Shown in pieces: positions 51,032 through 60,436 of a stretch of 64,000 nt of DNA. The translations under genes were made by a program, and so were the position numbers. Under the pieces are notes generated by a model that had not been told where the DNA came from, made no database searches, and worked only from the letters and a program-made list of their open reading frames with translations. Every line of letters starts with the position of its first letter. The first letter of the stretch is position 1. The stretch is from a candidate division TM6 bacterium GW2011_GWF2_28_16 (GTDB lineage Bacteria; Patescibacteriota; Microgenomatia; UBA1400; PJMF01): the NCBI GenBank assembly GCA_001029715.1, contig CP011212.1, forward strand, positions 131,407 through 195,406, in the 5' to 3' direction.

Positions 51032-51748
51032 ATGATCGATCTAGTTGCTCGCCAAATCCAAATTTTACGTGCCATTATCGAAGAATTTATTGAGACGGGT
51101 GTGCCTGTTGGTTCTGAAAAGATCGATAAGAAATTCAACATTGGTGTTTCTCCAGCCACCATTCGTAACGAAATGGTTTATCTTACTAAACAAGGTTATC
51201 TGATTAAATCTCATATTAGTGCAGGTCGTGTCCCAACCGCTTTAGCTATGCGTCTTTACATTAATGAGTTAGTCAAAGAAAAAGAACTTTCAGTTGCTGA
51301 TGAAGTTGGTGTTAAGGAAAAAATTTGGCGCTATCGAAACCAAATGGAAGATTTGCTTTATGAGACCTCCAAGGTTTTAGCTGATAAATCTCATGCTCTT
51401 GGGATTGCTATGAACAGCGAAGGTAGAATGTTTCACTCTGGTTATTCCAATTTGCTACAAATGCCAGAATTCTATGACATCAATTTGACTAGACAAGTTC
51501 TACACATGATTGAAGAAGATCAGTTGATGGATCAAATCTTTGAAAGTAATCATAGCGAAAACGCAGTTAAAGTTATTTTTGGCCAAGATTTAGGCAATAA
51601 AGATCTTGATCAAATTAGTATTATGTTTGTTGAATTACCAAACACTAATTGTCGCTTTGGTGTTTTGGGTTCAACTAGATTCGATTATTCCTATGTTTTG
51701 CCAATCATGAAATATTTCAAGGGTTTGATTGAAAGCATGGCGGATTAA
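51032..51748 (+). CDS. hrcA: Heat-inducible transcription repressor HrcA (short form)
   Basis: MIDLVARQIQILRAIIEEFIETGVPVGSEKI matches the HrcA winged-helix N-terminus. The ATG at 51032 is preferred over the ORF-track start at 51020, which lies inside the promoter and operator. It is about 238 aa. Confidence 0.8.
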   Translation: MIDLVARQIQILRAIIEEFIETGVPVGSEKIDKKFNIGVSPATIRNEMVYLTKQGYLIKSHISAGRVPTALAMRLYINELVKEKELSVADEVGVKEKIWRYRNQMEDLLYETSKVLADKSHALGIAMNSEGRMFHSGYSNLLQMPEFYDINLTRQVLHMIEEDQLMDQIFESNHSENAVKVIFGQDLGNKDLDQISIMFVELPNTNCRFGVLGSTRFDYSYVLPIMKYFKGLIESMAD

Positions 51749-51796
51749 TTTTTTCAAAATCTAGAAAATCATTATTATAAGAAATTAAATAATATT

Positions 51797-52273
51797 ATGA
51801 AAAATAAAAATGATGATCAAACTGTTCCTAACGAAAAGACTGAAGAGGTAATTAGCGAGGAGCAAAGAAAAATTCAGGAGTTGCAACTTTTATTAAATGC
51901 ATCTTTGGAAAGAGAAAAGAGAGTTTTGGCTGATTATCAGAACTTACAGCGTCGTTCTCAGACAGAAAGATTAGCTTTCATCAAAATGGCTAATAAAGAT
52001 TTTTGCCAGGTTTTACTTCAACCCTTAGAACATTTATCTATGGCCGCTGCTAATCTCAAAGATCGCGGTTTAGACATGGTAGTTGAACAATTTTGGAAGG
52101 AGCTACGAGATTTTGGTTTAGAAGAAATTGAAGTCTTAGCTAAGAAATTTGACCTAGAAACAATGGAAGTAGTGGATAAAAAAGGTGATGGCGAAAAAGT
52201 TGTCGAAGTTGTGCGTAAAGGTTACAGCTTAAACGGCGAAGTTATTCAACATGCCCAGGTAATTTTAGCTTAA
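51797..52273 (+). CDS. grpE: Nucleotide exchange factor GrpE
   Basis: LADYQNLQRRSQTERLAFIKMANKDF, followed by a long paired helix and a small beta-domain, matches GrpE. It is 158 aa. Confidence 0.85.
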   Translation: MKNKNDDQTVPNEKTEEVISEEQRKIQELQLLLNASLEREKRVLADYQNLQRRSQTERLAFIKMANKDFCQVLLQPLEHLSMAAANLKDRGLDMVVEQFWKELRDFGLEEIEVLAKKFDLETMEVVDKKGDGEKVVEVVRKGYSLNGEVIQHAQVILA

Positions 52274-52345
52274 ATTGCTACTAGCAGTCTACACTCTCGT
52301 CTGCTAAAATAATATGAATTAAGAAAATAAAAGGAAGGACAAATT

Positions 52346-54277
52346 ATGTCGAAAATTATAGGTATTGATCTTGGAACTACCAATTCAGCCATTGCAGTTA
52401 TGCAGGGTGGTAGCTCTGTAATTATCCCAACCAGCGAGGGAAGAAACACTTTTCCTTCGATTGTTGGTTTCAAAAATAATGAATCTATCGTTGGTGATCC
52501 AGCCAAACGTCAAATGGTTTTAAATGCTAAAAAAACTGTTAATTCAGTTAAGAGGTTTATGGGTCGTAAGCTTAATGATGAAGCTGTCAAAAAAGCTATT
52601 AAGCACGTATCTTATGAAGTCGTTGAGGGTAAAGATGGTATGGCTGTCGTTAATATTGATGGTAAGAAATACACCCCTCAAGAAATTTCTGCCAAGATTT
52701 TGTCTAAAGCAAAAGCTGATGCTGAAAGTTTTTTGGGTGAAAAAGTGGATCGTGCTGTCATTACTGTCCCAGCTTATTTTAATGATGCTCAGCGTCAAGC
52801 TACTAAGCAGGCCGGTGAAATTGCCGGTTTGAAAGTAGAGCGCATCGTTAATGAACCAACCGCTGCCGCTTTGGCTTATGGTCTTGATAAAAAAGGCTCT
52901 CAAACCATTGCTGTTTATGATCTTGGTGGAGGTACTTTTGATATTTCCATTTTGGAAATTGGTGATGGAGTTTTTGAAGTCAAATCTACCAACGGTGATA
53001 CTTTCCTCGGTGGTGACGACTTTGACAGTGTCATTATCGAATGGATTGTCAGTGAATTTAAGAAGGATCAGGGAAAAGATTTAAACAAAGATCCTCAAGC
53101 CATGCAACGTATTAAAGATGCTGCAGAAAAAGCTAAGATTGAATTATCTGCCTCTGCCAGCACTGAAATTAATCAGCCATTTATTACTCAAGGTGATGAT
53201 GGTCAGCCTTTGCATTTAACCTTGACTCTAACTAGAGCCAAATTAGAAGAATTAGTGGATGATTTAATCAAAAAATCCATTGAACCAGTCAAAAAGGCTC
53301 TCAGTGATGCTAAGTTAACAGCCAAAGATATTGATGAAGTAGTTTTAGTAGGTGGTATGACCAGAATGCCAAAAGTGCAAAAAGTTGTTGAAGAGTTTTT
53401 TGGCAAAGAGCCTCATAAAGGTGTTAATCCAGATGAAGTAGTCGCTATTGGTGCTGCTGTTCAAGCAGGGGTTATTTCTGGAGATGTCAACGACGTGGTT
53501 TTGTTAGACGTCACACCTTTAACTCTTGGAATTGAGACTTTAGGTGGCATTCGCACTCCTTTAATTGACAGAAATACCACTATCCCAACCAGCAAATCTC
53601 AAGTTTTTTCCACTGCAGCTGATAATCAGACTCAGGTGGAAATTAATGTTTTGCAGGGTGAGCGTGAAATGGCTGTCGACAATAAGAGTTTAGGTCGTTT
53701 CATTCTTGATGGTATTCCAGCTGCAATGCGTGGAGTACCTCAAGTAGAAGTCACTTTTGACATTGATAGTAATGGCATTTTGCATGTTACTGCCAAGGAC
53801 AAAACATCTAATAAAGAACAAAAAATTACTATTGCCAATAGCACTAACCTTTCAGAGGAAGAAGTAGAAAAAATGAAGGCTGAGGCTGAAAAATACGCTG
53901 AAGATGATAAAGCTAAAAAAGAGCTCATTGAAAGCAAAAATAAAGCTAATAGCATTGTCTTTGAAATGGAGAAACAACTCAAAGAATATGGCGATAAGTT
54001 AGAAGAAGCTGACCGTAAAAAAATTGAGGAAGATCTCAAAGCACTTCAAGATTTAGCTGCCAAAGAAGATGTCACTAAAGACGAACTTGAAAAAGCCATT
54101 GAAGCTACCATGACTTCTAGCCAAAAAATTGGCGAAGCCATGCAAAAAGCCCAAGCAGAGCAAGCAAAGAATGCTTCAGCTGAGCCTGGTAAAGATGGTG
54201 AGGCTAAAGGCGAGGAAGACGAGAAAAAAGAAGCTGACAAGAAAGATGCTGAGGAAGGCGAAGTAGTTAAAGAATAA
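52346..54277 (+). CDS. dnaK: Chaperone DnaK (Hsp70)
   Basis: [20 protein letters not shown] and [10 protein letters not shown], with an acidic [19 protein letters not shown] tail. It is 643 aa. Confidence 0.97.
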   Translation: MSKIIGIDLGTTNSAIAVMQGGSSVIIPTSEGRNTFPSIVGFKNNESIVGDPAKRQMVLNAKKTVNSVKRFMGRKLNDEAVKKAIKHVSYEVVEGKDGMAVVNIDGKKYTPQEISAKILSKAKADAESFLGEKVDRAVITVPAYFNDAQRQATKQAGEIAGLKVERIVNEPTAAALAYGLDKKGSQTIAVYDLGGGTFDISILEIGDGVFEVKSTNGDTFLGGDDFDSVIIEWIVSEFKKDQGKDLNKDPQAMQRIKDAAEKAKIELSASASTEINQPFITQGDDGQPLHLTLTLTRAKLEELVDDLIKKSIEPVKKALSDAKLTAKDIDEVVLVGGMTRMPKVQKVVEEFFGKEPHKGVNPDEVVAIGAAVQAGVISGDVNDVVLLDVTPLTLGIETLGGIRTPLIDRNTTIPTSKSQVFSTAADNQTQVEINVLQGEREMAVDNKSLGRFILDGIPAAMRGVPQVEVTFDIDSNGILHVTAKDKTSNKEQKITIANSTNLSEEEVEKMKAEAEKYAEDDKAKKELIESKNKANSIVFEMEKQLKEYGDKLEEADRKKIEEDLKALQDLAAKEDVTKDELEKAIEATMTSSQKIGEAMQKAQAEQAKNASAEPGKDGEAKGEEDEKKEADKKDAEEGEVVKE

Positions 54278-54336
54278 AATCATAAGCTTAGAGGCGCTGG
54301 CAATAGCCAGCGCCTCTAATATTTGTTGAAAAATTT

Positions 54337-55203
54337 ATGTCAGCTAAACGAGATTATTACGAAGTTTTGGGAGTTAAAAAAACTGCAAGTGCTGCAGAGA
54401 TTAAATCTGCCTATCGCAAGTTAGCTCTCAAATTTCATCCCGATCGCAACAAAGAAACTGGGGCTGAAGATAAATTCAAAGAGATCAACGAGGCTTACCA
54501 AGTTTTATCTGATTCTAAAAAGAAGCAAACTTATGACCAATTTGGTCACGCTGCTTTCGATCCGTCTTCTGGTATGGGCGGTGGTCAGGGTCCGTTTGGT
54601 GGTTTTGGTGGACAAGGTGGTGGTTTTAATTGGTCGTCTTATTCTAGTTCTGGTGGGCAAGGTGGAGCTGATTTTGACTTTGGCGATCCTTTTGAAATTT
54701 TTGAACAATTCTTTGGTGGTGGTTTTTCTGGTAGAGCCAGACAGCGCCGCCCACATTATTCTCTAAAGATAGATTTCATGGAGGCTGTTAAAGGTGTCGA
54801 AAAAGCTGTCGAGATTGATGGCAAAAAACAAACAATCAAAGTTCCAGCTGGCGCCAATAATGGCACTCGTATTCGTTTTACGGATTTTGATATTTCCATT
54901 GATGTTGGCACTAATCCTCGATTTAAGCGTGATGGCTATGACATTTTTGTCGATGAGAAAATCTCTTTTAGCACAGCAGCCTTGGGAGGTGAAATTAAGG
55001 TAAAAACTCTAACCGGAGAACTAAAGTTAAAGGTTAGACCAGGAACTTTATCTCACTCTTTAATTCGTTTGCGCGGGGAAGGCGTTCAGCACTTACAGAG
55101 CCGTGGTAAAGGCGATTTATATGTGCGTTTAATTATTAATGTTCCAGAAAAATTAAGCAGAGAACAAAAAAAAGCTCTTGAAGAATTAAGAGAACTTGAA
55201 TAG
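54337..55203 (+). CDS. dnaJ: DnaJ-family co-chaperone lacking the Cys-rich zinc-finger domain (type II / CbpA-like)
   Basis: The J-domain reads DYYEVLGV...[12 protein letters not shown] Gly/Phe-rich linker and C-terminal substrate-binding domains follow. There are no CxxCxGxG repeats. It is 288 aa. Confidence 0.85.
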   Translation: MSAKRDYYEVLGVKKTASAAEIKSAYRKLALKFHPDRNKETGAEDKFKEINEAYQVLSDSKKKQTYDQFGHAAFDPSSGMGGGQGPFGGFGGQGGGFNWSSYSSSGGQGGADFDFGDPFEIFEQFFGGGFSGRARQRRPHYSLKIDFMEAVKGVEKAVEIDGKKQTIKVPAGANNGTRIRFTDFDISIDVGTNPRFKRDGYDIFVDEKISFSTAALGGEIKVKTLTGELKLKVRPGTLSHSLIRLRGEGVQHLQSRGKGDLYVRLIINVPEKLSREQKKALEELRELE

Positions 55204-55352
55204 CTTTTCCTGATTCAAGCATCCTTTTACTTTTTATCCCTTATTTGCTATAATGAACTTTAGTTGTTTAGTAAGAGGAGGACTGTTGAAAGACAAGTCC
55301 TTTTTTCTTATCAGACGCTTTTAGAAGAATTTAATTAAAAAGAAAGATTTTT

Positions 55353-56600
55353 ATGTCTACAGTACAGAATGCTAATTTAGTTAGAACTGAATTTGCTGCT
55401 GCTATCAACCAAATCGCCACTGAGCGCAAAATTGAGGCAGAAGATATTTATGAGGCTATCCGTCAGGCTTTGGTTTCAGCTTATCGTAAGCAAATCGGTG
55501 ATATTGATGAAACTTTTCATTACTATGTTGATTTAGATAAAAGTAACGGTTCGGCTCGTATTCTTAGAGCTCCAATGACCAAAAGAGATGAAGAAACCTT
55601 AGAGATTTTGGAATGGGATGAAAAGAAAACTGAGGATGTTACTCCAGCTGGTTTCGGTCGTATTGCTGCTCAGACTGCTAAGCAAGTTATTTTGCAACGT
55701 ATTAGAAGAAGTGAGCGCGATACTATTATTGCCGCTTATCGTGATCGTATTGGTGAAGTTGTTACAGGTCAAGTTTTGCGCATGCAAGGTCGCAATGTCA
55801 TTTTAGACATTGGCCGTGGTCAGGCTTTTATGCCACCAGAAGAACAGATGCGTGGCGAATTTTATCGTCTCAATCAACGTTTAGCAGTGCTCATCAAAGA
55901 AATTAGTGAAACTGTTCGTGGTGAACAAATTATTGTAACTCGCGCCAGTGCCGAACTTGTCAGCAAACTTTTTGAAAGAGAAGTTCCAGAAGTTTCTTCA
56001 GGTGCTGTTGAAATTGTTGCTATTGCCCGCGAAGCTGGTGTCCGTACCAAACTAACTGTCAAATCTACTCAAGAAGGAGTTGATCCAGTTGGTTCTTGTG
56101 TCGGTCAACGTGGTGTTCGTGTGCAGAAGGTTATCGAAGAATTAAATAACGAAAAAGTTGATATTATTCCTTACTCAGCAGATTCTCGCTTATTACTTCA
56201 AGCATCTTTGGCTCCAGCTGAAGGTCTGCAAATTGAAGTTGATGACAAAATTAGATTGGTAACTGTTACTGCTCCAGATGACCAATTATCTTTAGTCATT
56301 GGTCGCGGTGGACAAAATGTTCGCTTAGCTGCCAAGCTAACTGGTTATCAAATCACCGTTAAATCTGCTTCTGGTCAGGTGCAATCATCCGTCACTGGTA
56401 AAGAAGATTATGAAATTGATACCTTTGGTTTAGAAGATGACTCTAGAGAAATTCTAATTCAACATAAACTAACCACTCTAGCTGACTTAGTTCGCTTCAG
56501 AGATAAATGGGTTAATATGAATGAAGTAGCTGAAAAAGATCAGAAAATTTTATTAGCCAAAGTCGAAGAATATCTAGAACAAGAAAGTAAACGCGAATAA
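55353..56600 (+). CDS. nusA: Transcription termination/antitermination factor NusA
   Basis: It has the N-terminal domain, an S1 domain and two KH domains (GVRTKLTVKS...GSCVGQRGVRVQ...IGRGGQNVRLAAKLTGYQI). It is 415 aa. Confidence 0.9.
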   Translation: MSTVQNANLVRTEFAAAINQIATERKIEAEDIYEAIRQALVSAYRKQIGDIDETFHYYVDLDKSNGSARILRAPMTKRDEETLEILEWDEKKTEDVTPAGFGRIAAQTAKQVILQRIRRSERDTIIAAYRDRIGEVVTGQVLRMQGRNVILDIGRGQAFMPPEEQMRGEFYRLNQRLAVLIKEISETVRGEQIIVTRASAELVSKLFEREVPEVSSGAVEIVAIAREAGVRTKLTVKSTQEGVDPVGSCVGQRGVRVQKVIEELNNEKVDIIPYSADSRLLLQASLAPAEGLQIEVDDKIRLVTVTAPDDQLSLVIGRGGQNVRLAAKLTGYQITVKSASGQVQSSVTGKEDYEIDTFGLEDDSREILIQHKLTTLADLVRFRDKWVNMNEVAEKDQKILLAKVEEYLEQESKRE

Positions 56601-56602
56601 TT

Positions 56603-58087
56603 ATGTTATTGAAAAGAGCGCCAATTATTACCATTATGGGTCATGTCGACCACGGCAAGACTTCGCTCTTAGATTTTATTCGTCATTCTAGTATTGCAGC
56701 TCGTGAAGCTGGTGGCATTACTCAGCACATCGGTGCTTACCAAATTGAATTTCAAGATCAAAAAATCACTTTCATTGATACTCCTGGTCACGCTGCTTTT
56801 AATAAAATGCGTCAGCGTGGTGCTCAGGTTACTGATTTAGTAATTTTAGTTGTAGCTGCTAACGACGGAGTTAAGCCTCAGACTCTAGAATCCATTCGCT
56901 TCATTAAAGAAAGCAAAGTACCTTTTATTGTGGCAATCAACAAAATTGATTTACCAGATCTTCATTTAGAAGTGGTTAAGGGTCAACTAGCTGAAGCTGA
57001 TGTTCTACTCCAAGAATACGGTGGCGATATTGAAGCTGTCGAAATTTCTGCAAAAACTGGCAAAGGTGTTGATAAATTACTTGAGACAATCGCTGTAATG
57101 GCTGATCTTCTTGAGCTAAAAACTGATCCAGCAGCTCCTCTTGAAGCAGTAGTCATTGAATCCAGTAAAGAAAAAAATAAAGGTCCAGTGGCTCGCGTGA
57201 TTGTTCGTTCTGGCACTCTCGCCGTTCGCCAAAATTTAATCGTTGATGAAATTACAGGTAGAGTTCGTTTGCTTGAAAATGAAAAAGGTCAGGCTATTAA
57301 CCAAGTCCTACCAGGTGAGCCAGCAGAGATTATTGGGCTCGATGAAGCTCCAGAAGTAGGTAGTGTTATTCGTGATGCTGATGCCAATTATGATGAGGAT
57401 TTAACTGATGAATTTAGCAAAACTGGTAGTTTGGAAAAATCTTTCCGCCTTAGTGATGAAACTAATTGGGAAAAGATGGATCTAGATTTCATGCTTGGTG
57501 ATAAAGAAAAAATTAAATTAATTGTCAAAGCTGATGTTAAAGGTACTCTTGAGGCAATTTTGCAAAGTTTAGATACAGAAACTGTCGATGTCATTGCTTG
57601 TGGAGTGGGTCAAATTACTGAGCAAGACATGGAAATTGCTCGTGATGGTAAGGTTTTACTGATTGCTTTTAACGTTAAAGTTAACAATACCCAGAAGAAA
57701 ATTGCCAAAAACATGGGCGTCAAAATCAAAGAATACAACATTATTTATCATCTCATTGAAGATTTGCAACAAAGCATGCTCAAGCTGATGGACGCTACTT
57801 TTGATGAAATAGTCACTGGTGAGGCTGAGGTTTTGCAGATTTTTACAATGAAAGGCGAAACTATTGCCGGCGTCAGAGTCAAAACTGGCGAATTGAAGAA
57901 AAGTGATCTTTTCCATCTTAAACGTGGTGAAGAAATTATTTCCAACCCAGTTCTTAAAACCATGCGTCACGGCAAAGACGAAATTGATCGCATTGGTACT
58001 AAAAATGAAGGTGGTTTAACTTTCAAAAATAAAAAACTCGATTTTCAAATTGGTGACACCATCGTCGCTTATAAAAAAGAGAGCTAG
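56603..58087 (+). CDS. infB: Translation initiation factor IF-2, short form lacking the N-terminal domains
   Basis: It begins directly at the G-domain: RAPIITIMGHVDHGKTSLLDFIR ... DTPGHAAF ... NKID. It is 494 aa. Confidence 0.9.
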   Translation: MLLKRAPIITIMGHVDHGKTSLLDFIRHSSIAAREAGGITQHIGAYQIEFQDQKITFIDTPGHAAFNKMRQRGAQVTDLVILVVAANDGVKPQTLESIRFIKESKVPFIVAINKIDLPDLHLEVVKGQLAEADVLLQEYGGDIEAVEISAKTGKGVDKLLETIAVMADLLELKTDPAAPLEAVVIESSKEKNKGPVARVIVRSGTLAVRQNLIVDEITGRVRLLENEKGQAINQVLPGEPAEIIGLDEAPEVGSVIRDADANYDEDLTDEFSKTGSLEKSFRLSDETNWEKMDLDFMLGDKEKIKLIVKADVKGTLEAILQSLDTETVDVIACGVGQITEQDMEIARDGKVLLIAFNVKVNNTQKKIAKNMGVKIKEYNIIYHLIEDLQQSMLKLMDATFDEIVTGEAEVLQIFTMKGETIAGVRVKTGELKKSDLFHLKRGEEIISNPVLKTMRHGKDEIDRIGTKNEGGLTFKNKKLDFQIGDTIVAYKKES

Positions 58088-58185
58088 ACTTTTTACCAGA
58101 TAAGACTTACAATATCCTCCTTATTAATTAATGCTTACTTTAATTCTTGGTTAGCTGACTAGGAATTCAAAGGCGAAAGGAAATC

Positions 58186-58455
58186 ATGGCATTAGCAAAA
58201 CAAAGTAAAGCTTCAATCATCAAAGACTTCGCTCTTTTTGAAGGCGACACTGGATCTCCAGAGGTACAGGTGGCTCTTTTAACTATTTCAATCGAACAGT
58301 TGACTGAACATCTTAAATTACACAAGAAAGATAATCACTCTCGCAAAGGCTTGCTCAAGCAAGTTTCCAAGAGACGTCGTTTGTTAAATTTCTTGCTTTC
58401 AAGAAGTGAAGATAGATACCGCAAGCTAATTGGAAAATTAGGCTTGAGCAAATAA
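58186..58455 (+). CDS. rpsO: 30S ribosomal protein S15
   Basis: 89 aa. It has [38 protein letters not shown], the S15 signature. Confidence 0.9.
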   Translation: MALAKQSKASIIKDFALFEGDTGSPEVQVALLTISIEQLTEHLKLHKKDNHSRKGLLKQVSKRRRLLNFLLSRSEDRYRKLIGKLGLSK

Positions 58456-58558
58456 GTTATTTTTCTCATTGCAAAGCAAAAAAAATTCTTTTACACTAAA
58501 ACACAGTGATATTTGTGTATTGTTTTGTATCTAGAATACAAAGAAAGTAAAGGAATAT

Positions 58559-60220
58559 ATGTTGGAATTTTCTCCTAATGTGGATTTCAAGAAAGAGAAT
58601 GTAAAAAGTGTTGCAGGTTTTACTGATAACGTAGCTGACACAAATCTTAGACTTAGAGAAAAAAGCATGAGTACGGCAGGAAACTTAAAAGAAATTGCCA
58701 AATCAGAATTTAAGGTTAAGGCTGATGGTGTCCTCAGCGAAGAAGAACAAGACGATCAATCTCCGTATACAGAACAAGAAATGAATGCCTTTAGTGTAGA
58801 AGATAAGAAAAAATTCTTAACTGAGTTGCAGAATACAGCTAAGGAACAAGATTCTTTTAAAAAATTAGAAAACCAAAAAAATAAAAAAGAAGGTAAGGCT
58901 TTTGAATTAGCTTTGGAAAAACGCAAAATAGAAGAAGAATTAAAAGCAAAGTTTAAAGAATTTGAAGCTAAAAAAGAAGCTATAGAAAATCAACGTGAAG
59001 TAAAAATAGCTAGAACAGAAGCGAGATATCAAAGAAGTGAAACAAGATTGCGCGAAGGTACAAGCAAGGAAAGACATTATTTAACCAATGAAATTAGAAA
59101 TAATTCAGCTGTTAGTGAATTTTCAGAAAATTCCCAGAAACTAAAAGACTTAGAAAGTTACCTTGGTTTTCAGAGAACTGATGAAATTCAACAAGGGCTT
59201 ATAGCTAAAAGAGATGAGGCTAAAGTAAATCCAGACGTTAATGAATTGATGCAGAAGATAGCTGAATTGCCAGCTAAGTTGGAAGAACAAATTCAAGCAC
59301 GTAAGCAAGGTTTGATTAATAGACTGGGGATAATAGAAAAAAATACCAAGGAAGAATTGAACCAACTTAAAGGTTTAACGTTAACCGAGGTTAATGAAAT
59401 TAAACAGCGTTTGTCACAAGTTGAACAAGAGCAAGCTAAAGTTGAGCAAGAGTTTGATGATCTAGAGATGCAGATTGCAGACAAACAACGCATGCAAGAT
59501 TCAGTGGATATTCTAAAAGATGATCTACGTGAATTCAGTTTTAAAGATGCAAAAAAAGTTACTGCAGATCTTGAAAAAAGATCAGCTAACACTGTTAGTT
59601 TGGAAAATTTATCCGATAGTGAAGAACTCAATAAAGAACAACTCGGTGGTATTATCGAGAGAGCTCAGAAAATACTTACGTCTTTAATAGAGGTAGGAGA
59701 TGCTTCAACAAAGGCTAATGAAAATGCTTATTTAGAACAAGAAGCAGTTCTTGATGATGAAAAAACAAAATTGCTAGGTGAGAAAGAACAAACTCATAAA
59801 GATTTGATTGGTGAATTAAGTAAGCCATTTGCAGATGCACTCAAGAAGGCAAAAGAAATTCCTGATGCAGAATTAGAAGAAGGCGCCAATGCTATTGAAG
59901 CATTTTCTAAATTAAACCTAAAGGCTTTGGGCGAAGAACAAGAAAAAGCTGAGAAAAAGATTGATAAATCCACTGAGGCTTTGAATAAGTTTACTGCTAA
60001 AGTTGAAAAGCGTTTTGCAAAATTAACTGCAAAATTAGACAGATCAAGAGTAAATGCTAATAATGAAGTATATGATTTACTTAATGATAAGTATAAAGAT
60101 ACCTCAGAAGTTAAGAAAATGGCTCAAGAATTTCAAAGTACTGATTTTGACCAAATGGTTCAGGCAGGAAGTCTCTTGAAAAGAGTTTTTTCTAAAATTT
60201 TTGCGAGCAGACAGGCTTAG
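58559..60220 (+). CDS. Hypothetical large coiled-coil protein (553 aa, E/K-rich, no TM) inserted between rpsO and pnp
   Basis: The protein is helical/coiled-coil throughout. No catalytic motif was recognised. A strong terminator follows it. Confidence 0.55.
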   Translation: MLEFSPNVDFKKENVKSVAGFTDNVADTNLRLREKSMSTAGNLKEIAKSEFKVKADGVLSEEEQDDQSPYTEQEMNAFSVEDKKKFLTELQNTAKEQDSFKKLENQKNKKEGKAFELALEKRKIEEELKAKFKEFEAKKEAIENQREVKIARTEARYQRSETRLREGTSKERHYLTNEIRNNSAVSEFSENSQKLKDLESYLGFQRTDEIQQGLIAKRDEAKVNPDVNELMQKIAELPAKLEEQIQARKQGLINRLGIIEKNTKEELNQLKGLTLTEVNEIKQRLSQVEQEQAKVEQEFDDLEMQIADKQRMQDSVDILKDDLREFSFKDAKKVTADLEKRSANTVSLENLSDSEELNKEQLGGIIERAQKILTSLIEVGDASTKANENAYLEQEAVLDDEKTKLLGEKEQTHKDLIGELSKPFADALKKAKEIPDAELEEGANAIEAFSKLNLKALGEEQEKAEKKIDKSTEALNKFTAKVEKRFAKLTAKLDRSRVNANNEVYDLLNDKYKDTSEVKKMAQEFQSTDFDQMVQAGSLLKRVFSKIFASRQA

Positions 60221-60249
60221 TTGGTAGAAAACAATTAAATTTATATTTA

Positions 60250-60277
60250 AAACCCGGCTCTTGAGTCGGGTTTTTGC
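60250..60277 (+). terminator. Intrinsic terminator
   Basis: aaacccggctc-ttga-gtcgggttt is followed by a T run. Confidence 0.6.
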
Positions 60278-60436
60278 CTTTATCATGTTATAATAGACAA
60301 GTTATTTAATTAGGAAACTCAAAGAGAGTTTTTGAGGATTCAAAAAAGACGAGAATTTTTCTCCTCTTTTCAGAATACTCGACTCTCCTGAATTTCCCAA
60401 ATCGCCCTAATATAAAAAGGGCAAGAAAGAAAAAAT

